Source: Vicinamibacterales bacterium
Lineage (GTDB): Bacteria; Acidobacteriota; Vicinamibacteria; Vicinamibacterales; UBA8438
NCBI GenBank assembly: GCA_965206285.1
Contig: OZ242205.1
Span: 3,330,149 to 3,394,148 of the forward strand
Length of the DNA stretch: 64,000 nt
Direction: 5' to 3'
Below, one piece after another: positions 1-8,871 of the stretch. A program made the position numbers and the translations under genes. The number at the start of each line of letters is the position of its first letter. The stretch's first letter is position 1. A model generated the notes under the pieces. That model was not told the origin of the DNA. It did no database searches and saw only the letters and a list, made by a program, of their open reading frames with translations.

Positions 1-411
1 TCCTCCGATTGCCGGGCGGGTCGGGCGCCGGAGACCTGTTTCAGGCAGTCCGCACTCTGGCCGCCGGGCTTGCGGGGAGTACCATCGACGGGCAAGCTGT
101 GGATCGTACAGCGAGGCCACATCCGGGAATATCAGGAGCAGGAGAACGGATGATTCAGGTTCCGGTGCGACGCTCGGCGCGCCAACGGGCACGGGCCGGC
201 GGCGAACGCCCCGTTTGCAGGTCTCCGCCGCGGCGCCCTCAGATGTCGTGCGATGTTGACAACCGAGGGCGGCCGACCGACAATCGTCTGGATCGTGCGT
301 GACGTGCAGGCGGCCAGGGCCTTCGTTGACAAGCATCGGCGGCGGCGCCAGAGCAACAAGGTGCTGCACGGCCATCCGTCTCCCGTGCAGTGGGTCGAGC
401 AGGACGTCCCC

Positions 412-1746
412 ATGGACGCGGTGCTGCGGGCTCGGGAGCGCACGAACCGGGAGATACCCAAGCGGGTCAACTTGTACGTCGGCACGCCGTACTGCCTGCC
501 CACCGACCCCGATCGGTGCGGGTTCTGCCTCTTCCCCACCGAGATCTACACCGGCCAGCGGCAGCTCGAAGAGTATCTGGAGCATCTCGAGCGCGAAGGG
601 GACCTCTTCAGGGACCATTTTGCAGGGGCCGAGCTGGCCAGCATCTACTTCGGCGGCGGGACGTCGAACCTCTACAAGCCCCACCAGTATTCGCGGCTGA
701 TGGAGATCGTGGGCGGCGTCTTCGACATCCCCGGCGACATCGAGATCACCCTCGAGGGCATCCCGCAGACCTTCAGCCACGACAAGCTGCTCGCCATGAA
801 GCAGAGCGGCATGAACCGCATCAGCATGGGGGTGCAGCAGCTGGATGAAGAGCTGATCAAGGCGAGCGGCCGCCGCCAGCGGTCCGACCAGGTGTTCCGG
901 ACCCTGGAGTCCTGCGAGCAGCTCGATCTGCCGATCAGCGTCGACCTCATCTTCGGCTGGCCCAACCAGACCCTCAAGCAGATGGTGCGCGACCTGGAGG
1001 CGATCGCGGCGACCGGGGTCGCGCACATCACCCACTACGAGCTCAACCTCGCCGGGCGCACCGACTTCGCCCGGAACCGCCGGGGCGAGCTGCCCTCGAT
1101 AGAAGGCAACCTCGAGATGTACCGCATCGGCAAGTCGGTGCTCGAAGCCTGCGGCTACACCCAGGTCACCCCCTACGACTTCGAGCGCCGGGACGCGGCG
1201 GTGCCGAGCGCGTACCTGTACGAAGAGCTGTTCCGCAAGCCGTTCGCGTCGAACGGGACCGGTCCGATCGGATTCGACGCCTGGGGCTGGGGCTACGCCG
1301 GCATCTCGTTCTTCTTCGGTACCCCCCAGTCGCCGGGGTGGGCGTTCATGAACCAGGTGCGGGTGGACGAGTACTTCCGGTGCATCCGGGAGCAGCGCTA
1401 TCCGGTGATGCGCGGGTTCCACTACACGCCGGAGGACCTGCGGCTGCACCTGCTCTTCCAGGAGATGCAGGGGCTCGCCGTCGACCGGACCGCCTATCGG
1501 GACCTGCTCGGCCGGGACGTCGTCGACGAGCATGCGGTGGTGTGGCGGGCGCTCGAGGACATCGGGTGGGTCACCGTCTCGGACGACGCCGTGCGCGTGC
1601 AGGACGACGGCGTGTTCTATCTGCCGGTGATTCAGAACATGCTGGCCCACGACCGGCTCGAAGAGATGCGCAGGCACCGCCCGGCGGATATCGCCGGCAC
1701 CGCCCCGGTCGCCGCGACGCCGGCAGATGTCCCGGCGCACGCCTGA
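412..1746 (+). CDS. Radical SAM enzyme, HemN/coproporphyrinogen-III-oxidase-like family
   Basis: ORF 253-1746. ATG at 412 (MDAVLRA) precedes the cluster motif YVGTPYCLPTDPDRCGFC, then YFGGGTSNL and a HemN-like C-terminal domain. Start codon choice is uncertain. Confidence 0.75.
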   Translation: MDAVLRARERTNREIPKRVNLYVGTPYCLPTDPDRCGFCLFPTEIYTGQRQLEEYLEHLEREGDLFRDHFAGAELASIYFGGGTSNLYKPHQYSRLMEIVGGVFDIPGDIEITLEGIPQTFSHDKLLAMKQSGMNRISMGVQQLDEELIKASGRRQRSDQVFRTLESCEQLDLPISVDLIFGWPNQTLKQMVRDLEAIAATGVAHITHYELNLAGRTDFARNRRGELPSIEGNLEMYRIGKSVLEACGYTQVTPYDFERRDAAVPSAYLYEELFRKPFASNGTGPIGFDAWGWGYAGISFFFGTPQSPGWAFMNQVRVDEYFRCIREQRYPVMRGFHYTPEDLRLHLLFQEMQGLAVDRTAYRDLLGRDVVDEHAVVWRALEDIGWVTVSDDAVRVQDDGVFYLPVIQNMLAHDRLEEMRRHRPADIAGTAPVAATPADVPAHA

Positions 1747-1980
1747 CACCGCCTCGCGGTCCTCACTTCCTCGTTTGCTTACACGCCGGTTCCGACCAGG
1801 TTGGAGCCGACCCGCGGTCCGACGCTCACGGGGACCGGCCGACATCGACCGACGACGCGGCCCGGCGGTCACCGTTCAACGCCGCGGATCTCGTGGTCGT
1901 GGCGACTCCGGTGTCCTGAGCAGGATGTCCGCGACCCCGAAGGCGATCGCGCGGGCATCGGCATCGTCGAGGTTCATGAG

Positions 1981-4452
1981 ATGGGTACCCTTGTTCAAGA
2001 CATCAGGTTGGCGTTTCGCGTTCTGCTCGCGAACCGTGGGTTCGCCGCGGCGACCCTGCTGACGGTGGCCCTCGGCGTTGGGGGCACGGCCGCCGTTTTC
2101 TCGGTCATCCATGGCGTTCTGCTGCGTCCGCTCCCCTACGATGAATCCGAGCGCCTGGTCCGGGTGTGGGAGGTGCATCCCGGCGCGACCGCGCCGTTCA
2201 GCGAGGCAGTGCTCAGCGTCCCAACGTATCGCGCGTGGTCGACGTCATCCGAGAGCCTGGAAGCGATTGGCAGCTACTACACCGGCGAGTTCGACGTGAC
2301 GAGCGCGGGCCCCGCTCGACGCGTGCGGGGCGTACAGGTCACGCCGTCGTTGTTCCGAGTGCTTCGGGCGACCCCGGCCGTCGGTCGCCTCTTCAATGAA
2401 GCCGACGCGGACCGGGGCGCCGCCCCGGTCGTGGTCTTGGCTTACGCCACGTGGCAGGAGCGCTTTGGCGGCGACCCGAACGTCATCGACAGGAGACTGA
2501 CCATCGAGGGTGTCGACCATCGGATCGTCGGTGCCGTACCCCCCGGGTTCTCGTTTCCGCGACCGATGGCGGGAGCGGAGGGCCAAGGCGAGGTCGGACT
2601 CTATACACCGTTCAAGGTGCCCGAGGTCGATCCGGAAGCCAGGGTAATCGGAGTCGTCCAAGCCATCGCGCGGTTGGCGGATGCCGCGACCGCGGTTCAG
2701 GCCGAGGTGGAGGGGACGGCCCATGCACGGGGCGTCGGCCGTCCTTTCGCCGACGTGGTGTTCGGAGACGGGGCGCCGGTGGAGGTTCGAGTGCGTTCGA
2801 TGGTGGAACAGATGACCGCGAACGTGCGGCCGGCACTCTTGCTCCTTGTCGTCGGCGCGGGCCTGGTGCTGGCGATCGCCTGCGCCAACGTCACCAACTT
2901 GTTGCTCTCTCGCGTGAGCGCTCGAGCCCGCGAATTCGCGACTCGCGCGGCGCTTGGGGCGGACCGCCGCCGTTTGCTGCGGCAGGTCGTGACCGAGAGC
3001 GTCGTGTTCTCGCTGGTTGGTGGAGTCCTGGGCTTGTTCGTGGGGTGGGTGTTCACGACCGCGGTGCGCTCGTTGGCTCCCGAGGACTTCCCGCGTCTTC
3101 AGGACATTCGAGTCGATATGTGGTTTCTTGCCGCGGGTGGCGTCGTGGCGGTCCTCGTCGGTTCGATCGTCGGGGTTCTCCCCGCCCTGCGGCAGACCGG
3201 CGTCGACCTCGCCAGCGCGATCCAGGTCGGCGGTATCCGCAGCATGGGTAACGCTGGTCGACGTTTGCGAGAGACGCTCGTGGTGGCCGAAGTCGCCCTG
3301 GCCATTGTCCTGCTCGTGGGTGGAGCGCTCCTCGCGCGCAGCTTCGTGACGCTTCTGAGTGTCGACGCCGGATTCGACGCCGCCAATGTGCTGGTCGCTG
3401 ACATCCATGTCCCGGAGGGAAGTCACGAGACGCGGGGTGAGGACCTCGCGGTCGCCACGCTGGAGCGTCTTCGCGAGGTGCCGCGAGTGGTGGTAGCCGG
3501 CGCCGGCAACATGACGCCCCATGGCAGTCTCCTCTACAGCTCGGGATTTCGGCTTCCTGGTATGACGACGCGCGATGGAGAGCCACTGGTCGCGACGGCC
3601 CTGCATTCAGTGATCACGGCGGGCTTTGCCGAGGCGCTGAACATGCGGCTGGTGGCCGGACGCTTCTTCACAACTGAAGACACCACCTCGCCGATCATCG
3701 CCATGCTGGTCAATGAGGCGTTCGTCAACGCGTACTTCAACGATGGTCGGCCAGCGGTCGGGCGGCTGTTTTCGGGGATGTTCGCAGGCATGCTCGGGAG
3801 AGACGATGCGGTCGTCGAGGTGGTCGGGGTCGTCCAGGACGTGCTGCTGCGGAGCCTGGACCAGGCACCGCAAACGCAGATCTATGTGCCATATGGCGTG
3901 GGATTCGGCATTCGCCATGCCACTCTCGTCCTCAGGACTGACGGCGAGCCGGCAACGTCGGCGCCGTTGTTGACCGGCATCATCCAGCAGCTTGATCCCG
4001 TCGCCACCCTCGGGCGAATGGGACCCTTGACCGACAAGGTCAGCACTGCCGTCGAAGGACCACGTTTCACGGCGTTCGTCATCGGCGCATTCGCGGTGCT
4101 CGCACTGTCGCTCGCCACCGCCGGCCTTTACGGCGTTCTGTCTTTCGGCGTCACTCAGCGTCGGCGGGAAATCGGCGTACGGGCCGCGCTGGGAGCCACA
4201 CCAGGCGACCTCGTCGTGATGGTCCTCAAACAAGGGATGACCGTAACGGTGATTGGCTTGGCCATCGGCCTGGGAGGCTCGATCGTCGCCTCTCGGGCGA
4301 TGGCCAGCGTCCTGTTTGGGGTCGAAGCGCTCGACGGCCCGGCGTTCATCATACCCTCCGCGGTCGTGCTCGTGGTCGCCGCCGCCTCCTGTTACCTGCC
4401 GGGACGGCGTGCCGCGGCCATCGAGCCGGCGGAGGTCCTGGTCTCGGAATAG
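1981..4452 (+). CDS. ABC transporter permease, duplicated MacB/FtsX (ADOP-type)
   Basis: ORF 1801-4452. ATG at 1981 gives MGTLVQDIRLAFRVLLANRGFAAATLLTVALGVGGTAAVFSVIHGVLLRPLPY, the typical N-terminus of this family. Two periplasmic MacB-like domains and two FtsX 4-TM blocks, ending ...RRAAAIEPAEVLVSE. Confidence 0.85.
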   Translation: MGTLVQDIRLAFRVLLANRGFAAATLLTVALGVGGTAAVFSVIHGVLLRPLPYDESERLVRVWEVHPGATAPFSEAVLSVPTYRAWSTSSESLEAIGSYYTGEFDVTSAGPARRVRGVQVTPSLFRVLRATPAVGRLFNEADADRGAAPVVVLAYATWQERFGGDPNVIDRRLTIEGVDHRIVGAVPPGFSFPRPMAGAEGQGEVGLYTPFKVPEVDPEARVIGVVQAIARLADAATAVQAEVEGTAHARGVGRPFADVVFGDGAPVEVRVRSMVEQMTANVRPALLLLVVGAGLVLAIACANVTNLLLSRVSARAREFATRAALGADRRRLLRQVVTESVVFSLVGGVLGLFVGWVFTTAVRSLAPEDFPRLQDIRVDMWFLAAGGVVAVLVGSIVGVLPALRQTGVDLASAIQVGGIRSMGNAGRRLRETLVVAEVALAIVLLVGGALLARSFVTLLSVDAGFDAANVLVADIHVPEGSHETRGEDLAVATLERLREVPRVVVAGAGNMTPHGSLLYSSGFRLPGMTTRDGEPLVATALHSVITAGFAEALNMRLVAGRFFTTEDTTSPIIAMLVNEAFVNAYFNDGRPAVGRLFSGMFAGMLGRDDAVVEVVGVVQDVLLRSLDQAPQTQIYVPYGVGFGIRHATLVLRTDGEPATSAPLLTGIIQQLDPVATLGRMGPLTDKVSTAVEGPRFTAFVIGAFAVLALSLATAGLYGVLSFGVTQRRREIGVRAALGATPGDLVVMVLKQGMTVTVIGLAIGLGGSIVASRAMASVLFGVEALDGPAFIIPSAVVLVVAAASCYLPGRRAAAIEPAEVLVSE

Positions 4453-4558
4453 TGGTCATGCGATGGGTGACGAGCCGGACGTGCGAACCACGGCCCCGGT
4501 CCCGCATTCGCGGGTCCGCACATGCGGGCGATAGTCCGTATCGGCCCCGCGTTTTCGG

Positions 4559-5416
4559 CTACTGCCAGGTGTTCAGATCTCGCGCGGCGCCCGTCGAGAG
4601 CAGATAGATGTAGAGATCGGTGAACACTACCCAGACGAGGCTGACCCAGGCGATCGGCATGTGCCGCTCGTTCAGCCAGGTCGAGCTCTTCCAGAGACGA
4701 TAGCGCGGCGAGACCGCACCATCGCACGTAAAGCAGTCGAGCCGCCCCCCTATGAGGTGACGCCACGAGTGGCATCCGAATATGTACCCCGTGAGCAGTG
4801 CCGCGTTCACGAGCATGACCACCGTGCCCACCCCGATGCCGAGCTGGCCGTTACGAAAGAACGCTGAAACGCCCTCCCACCAGAGGCACACGATGAGAAA
4901 GAGAGCGCCATACAGGGTGTAACGGTGGAGGTTCTGAATCACGAAGAGCCGGGTCTCGCCACGGTATCGCTGGGAAACACCTCCCACGGCGCAGGACGGC
5001 GGCGTCAAGAAGAAGGCCTTGTAATATGCGCCCCGGTAGTAGTAGCACGTCACGCGGAACGCGAGCGCCATCCAGGGGAGCAGGAACGCCGGCGACTGCG
5101 GGATGAACCCCGGCCACCATGCTGGAAATGCCCCCAACCAGGCAAGCTCCACCGGGACGGATCCCGCATAGCCGGATGCGGCGGTGAACACCGGAGGAGC
5201 CACCGTCGGGCTGATGTATGGATCGTACCAGACGTGGGAGGGGTTGAAGGCGCGAAACGTCAGGTAGCCGAAGAGGAGAAGAAGGCCTGCTGCCGTCGCG
5301 GCCGGCGCTATCCACCATCGATCGACACGCCGGGTACTGCCGATGCCGCCGCTTCGCGCGGCGAGCTTGACGGTTTGCATGGCGGTATTCAAGCATGGGT
5401 CGCACGCCTGATTCAA
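4559..5416 (-). CDS. Polytopic membrane protein of unknown function (conserved His/Cys, possibly cofactor-binding)
   Basis: 285-aa ORF with about 6 hydrophobic segments and motifs CYYYRGAYYKAF, HRYTLYG and CHSWRHLIGGRLDCFTCDG. An alternative start is MQTVKL at 5380. No family name could be assigned from memory. Confidence 0.55.
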   Translation of the reverse strand: MNQACDPCLNTAMQTVKLAARSGGIGSTRRVDRWWIAPAATAAGLLLLFGYLTFRAFNPSHVWYDPYISPTVAPPVFTAASGYAGSVPVELAWLGAFPAWWPGFIPQSPAFLLPWMALAFRVTCYYYRGAYYKAFFLTPPSCAVGGVSQRYRGETRLFVIQNLHRYTLYGALFLIVCLWWEGVSAFFRNGQLGIGVGTVVMLVNAALLTGYIFGCHSWRHLIGGRLDCFTCDGAVSPRYRLWKSSTWLNERHMPIAWVSLVWVVFTDLYIYLLSTGAARDLNTWQ

Positions 5417-5433
5417 GCTGGTGCCGCCGTCCG

Positions 5434-5760
5434 ATCGTCAACGAACGCCTGGCCGCGATGTTCTTCCCCTGATCGGGAACCGATCGGAAAGCGCATCCGC
5501 CTGAGCGGGGGGCCGACCTTCGTCGCAGGACACCGACACCTGGCTCACCGTGGTCGGCGTGGCGCCCTCCGTGCGACAGCAGCCCACGCTGGGGCTCCAG
5601 GACCTCGACCCGGTGGTGTACGTGCCACGCACGCCGGCGTCCGGACCGGTAAGCCTGGCTGCTCGTGCGCGGCGCCGTCGGCGTCCTCGGTCGCCACGGT
5701 CGTCCGTGAACGTATCTGGACGCTCGATCCAGACGTGGCGCTGCCTCCTCACAGCCCCGA
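5434..5760 (+). pseudogene. Remnant of a second MacB/ADOP permease (periplasmic-domain C-terminal part)
   Basis: IVNERLAAMFFP / EPIGKRIRLSGG / WLTVVGVAPSVRQQ / DPVVYVPRT / VRERIWTLDPDVAL are spread over three frames. The FtsX TM block is missing. Confidence 0.45.
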
Positions 5761-5861
5761 GTTCCATCGCAGGCACGTTCCGGATCGAGCAGTGCATCGG
5801 GCTGACATCTCTCACATGAGCACCGACCGTTCGTCTGCGAGGCAGGCCGAAGACGAGCTCG

Positions 5862-7106
5862 TCACCTCTGTCCGGGAGCAACCATTCTGGTGACACGGCC
5901 GACGCTCGTGTCGCCCGCATACAGATTGTCGTGCCTGTCCATGACCCAGTAGCTGGCTTCGATGAACTGGCCGGTCCCTGTCCCCATGCCGTTGCCGATC
6001 GCGCCGAGCACCTTGCCGGCCCGGTCCAGCTTGAGGAACTGGCCATCCTGACCGCTTGCCATCCATGGCTGGCCGTGCGAGTCGAAGTACAGGGCGCAGA
6101 CGAGGTTTCTCGTCGGCAGCGTCCTGAGGAACCTGCCGTCGGCCGAGTAGATCACGATACGGTAGTCCTCGCGGTCGCCGATCCAGACATCGCCGGTCGT
6201 GGGATCGACGGCGAGCCCGTGGGCCGAGTTGAATTTCCCCGGGCCGACCTCGTTGCCGAACCACTGGTTGATGTAGTTGCCGTTGCTGTCGAGGTGCAGG
6301 ATCCGCGACGCGCCGATGTTGTTGGCCGGATCATCGGCATCGGTATCGTTGGGGCTCTCGTTCCCATGTCCCTGGGCGATATAGACGTCACCGTGCGGCG
6401 CGAAGGCGACCATCACCGGCTGCCAGAGCAGCCTCTGTCCCCGGGCTTCGTCCCAGTCCCCCCGGCGGCCCGCCTCGCCGATGGTCAGCAGAAGCTCGCC
6501 CTCGGGACTGAGCTTCATCACCGTGGCGCCGTTCGTGGCGGTGATCCAGACGTTGTCCTCCGCATCCACGGCCATCCCGTGCGCCTTGTCCTGGTAGCCG
6601 ATCACATGCGGGTCGACCTCGAGGACGAGGTTGTAGTCCCGATCGAACTTGAAGAGCTGCGGCTTTCCGGCTGGGGCGCGCTGAAAGACCCAGAGGTTGT
6701 CTTTCGAATCGAAGGCTACCGCCGGGACGCCGCCGAAGCCGGGGGGCAACACATAGGGATACGTGAAGGTGTAGCCCAGCGTCTGTTCCCACTGCACGCG
6801 CCGCAGTGACTGGCGGCGGCGGCCATCCCGCTTGCCGCAGACAGGCGAGTGACTGCATCCCGGTGTTCCGCCAGCGGTCGTGCTGTAGCCCTGGGCCTCG
6901 CTGCGAGGGACTGTCGCGACCTGTCCATCCGCATCGACGATCGTCAGTCCACCCGGATCGGGAAACGACCCCTGCAGAAACCACGCCGGCGACCCGTCGA
7001 CGGCCGGCCCCTCCGTCGGCGGCCGCGTCTGAGCGTGCGCCGGCATCCCGGCAAGGAGCAGGCCGAGAGCGACGATGGCGACACCGGTGAAATCGTGTCT
7101 CTTCAT
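5862..7106 (-). CDS. Secreted NHL-repeat beta-propeller protein (peptidyl-alpha-hydroxyglycine lyase-like fold)
   Basis: ORF 5862-7211. ATG at 7106 gives signal peptide MKRHDFTGVAIVALGLLLAGMPAHAQ. Repeated NHL-type blades (AHGMAVDAEDNVWI, AHGLAVDPTTGDVWIGDREDYRIVIY). Confidence 0.8.
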   Translation of the reverse strand: MKRHDFTGVAIVALGLLLAGMPAHAQTRPPTEGPAVDGSPAWFLQGSFPDPGGLTIVDADGQVATVPRSEAQGYSTTAGGTPGCSHSPVCGKRDGRRRQSLRRVQWEQTLGYTFTYPYVLPPGFGGVPAVAFDSKDNLWVFQRAPAGKPQLFKFDRDYNLVLEVDPHVIGYQDKAHGMAVDAEDNVWITATNGATVMKLSPEGELLLTIGEAGRRGDWDEARGQRLLWQPVMVAFAPHGDVYIAQGHGNESPNDTDADDPANNIGASRILHLDSNGNYINQWFGNEVGPGKFNSAHGLAVDPTTGDVWIGDREDYRIVIYSADGRFLRTLPTRNLVCALYFDSHGQPWMASGQDGQFLKLDRAGKVLGAIGNGMGTGTGQFIEASYWVMDRHDNLYAGDTSVGRVTRMVAPGQR

Positions 7107-7391
7107 TACGCCTCCAGGAATCTGACGAAGACGCAGCGGTGCATGCACCTCAGTCCCGCGGCCATCGAGGGGCCATTCAGCTCCTCGATGCGCCGAGAAC
7201 GCGCACGGCATGTGGCACGATGTTGGCGCCAGGAACGACAGAATCAGATAATATCAAACAGTAGAACACGTTGACCAAAGGAGCGAGCGGGTCCTCGCGG
7301 ACAAGCCCGCGGTTGGCCCCGTCCTCGGCGCCGTCACGGTCCTCGAGCGGCTGCGGCGGACTCTACGAATCCCACGGTACTGACGCGCGGC

Positions 7392-7811
7392 GTGTTCCTC
7401 CGCTCCCAGTATCTCGCCTTCATCGGCCGGACCAATCCGGCGCTCGCCAACCGCTTCGTCCGCCGGTGCCGCAAGCAGGCCGTCGAACAGCCCTGGAACG
7501 GCTCCCGGCTCCGCATCTGCCGGATCGCGGCCCGGCGCATCTACCGGACGCTCGGCGCGGAGCACATCCGGCACCGCCGTCCGGCTGCGCCCGAGGTCGT
7601 GCTGCGCCGGCTGCTGTCGCTCGACTATCTGCTCGAACATCCGCACGCCGCGTGGCTCCCGACCGAGGATGAGAAGGTGAACGCGCTGATCGCAGCGGGG
7701 GTCTCGAAGCAGGTGTTGCCGCACCGGCTCTACCAGGGCGCGGTCGGGGCGCAGTACCGCTACATCCCCCACACCCCGTCGAAAGTGTCTGTCCCTGCGG
7801 GAAGGCATTAA
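7392..7811 (+). CDS. Hypothetical protein, possibly a truncated mobile-element-associated gene
   Basis: 139-aa ORF (…VLRRLLSLDYLLEHPHAAWLPTEDEKVNALIAAGVSKQVLPHRLY…). First gene of the accessory island. No confident family assignment. Confidence 0.3.
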   Translation: MFLRSQYLAFIGRTNPALANRFVRRCRKQAVEQPWNGSRLRICRIAARRIYRTLGAEHIRHRRPAAPEVVLRRLLSLDYLLEHPHAAWLPTEDEKVNALIAAGVSKQVLPHRLYQGAVGAQYRYIPHTPSKVSVPAGRH

Positions 7812-7969
7812 CGGCAGCGAGCGGCGGCCGACGGCCATCACGGTATACTGTTCGCGGTCGCGTAGCGAAGCTCGCAGGCGGTCATTCGGGCCATGCTCGC
7901 GCCCTCCCGGTAGACCGTCACGGGAGCCATTGAGGACGGAGTAGTCGAGAGGTGGCCGGGGTAGATCTG

Positions 7970-8245
7970 ATGTTCGATTCACTCACAATCGCCCGGCAGT
8001 TGACCGACGCCGGGATCGACCGAGGCCACGCTGACGCGCTGGCTGATGCCATCCGCCAAGCCGCCGAGCACGGCGAGCATGTCACGCCGGAGAAGTTCGA
8101 CGCCGGCATCGCCGAGTTGCGGACCGAGATCACCGGGCTGGAATCCAGAATCTACCGCGCAATGCTCGTTCAGGCTGGGGCCATTATCGGCGCGCTGGTC
8201 AGCATCGCGGGAATCGTCGTCGGCGCCCTCCGGCTGCTCGGCTGA
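7970..8245 (+). CDS. DUF1640-like coiled-coil protein with C-terminal TM anchor
   Basis: MFDSLTIARQLTDAGIDRGHADALADAIRQA...ELRTEITGLESRIYRAMLVQAGAIIGALVSIAGIVVGALRLL. ORF track start is 7952 (GTG); ATG at 7970. Confidence 0.55.
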   Translation: MFDSLTIARQLTDAGIDRGHADALADAIRQAAEHGEHVTPEKFDAGIAELRTEITGLESRIYRAMLVQAGAIIGALVSIAGIVVGALRLLG

Positions 8246-8329
8246 CTTCCGGTACCGCACGGGCCGATACGCAATGCTGCTCTCCCGCGAGGTGTCGGCG
8301 GTCAGTTCGTCTGATTCGTGGTCGGGCGC

Positions 8330-8585
8330 ATGAGCCAAACGACGGAAGCCTTCTCCCGCGTCAAGATCGGCGTCCACCCGGTGCCCCGCCAGCGCCGCCT
8401 GCGCGGCGTGGGTCGGGCTCGCGGCCGTCGTCGCGCCCATCTGCGTGATGGTCCCGCCGTCGAGGGCGAGCGCGTTCGCATTCCACGAGCTGCGGCATCC
8501 CGGGGGCGGTGGGGGTGAGCAGGCTCAGACGTAGCGTTATGGTGTCGTCGACGGCCCAGGAGAGGCTGGAAGCAACCCATGAGAA
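8330..8585 (-). pseudogene. Fragment of a fourth surface-protein paralogue
   Basis: Minus-strand SLSWAVDDTITLRLSL and ALALDGGTITQMGATTAASPTHAAQAALAGHRVD. The DNA at 8515-8565 matches 21010-21060 of adhesin B (CAGGCTCAGACG.AGCGTTA.GGTGTCG). Frames are broken. Confidence 0.4.
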
Positions 8586-8663
8586 CCACGTACTGTCACC
8601 ACCAAAGGTCGTTTAAACGACAACCACGGAAATCTGACCGCACCGGCCGACGCACCGGAAGCG

Positions 8664-8711
8664 GCGCCCATCCTGGTCGTCGACGACAACCCCGAGACGC
8701 TGCGCCAGGTC
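8664..8711 (+). pseudogene. Response-regulator receiver-domain N-terminal scrap
   Basis: APILVVDDNPETLRQV only, with no continuation in any frame. Confidence 0.25.
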
Positions 8712-8871
8712 TGGGCCGGCCGCAGAAACCCAACCCCAAGGTCGTGCGCGCCTACGTCAAGCCCAGCGCGGCACGACGCTTCTCCTGACGGACCGCGGGC
8801 ATCGGCTCCGCGCGTCAGACACGCATGACCGCCGCATCGCTGTCCTCAGGGGACCCGCCGGCGATCGGCAC

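Noticed and set aside
1-250. Partial gene at the left edge
   Set aside because: No frame on either strand gives a recognisable or compositionally convincing product in the first 250 nt.
8318-8518. Type I restriction HsdR-like N-terminus (MSQTTEAFSRVKI)
   Set aside because: Only 13 residues resemble the motif. The rest of the ORF is Arg-rich, and the opposite strand carries an adhesin-paralogue remnant that explains the region.
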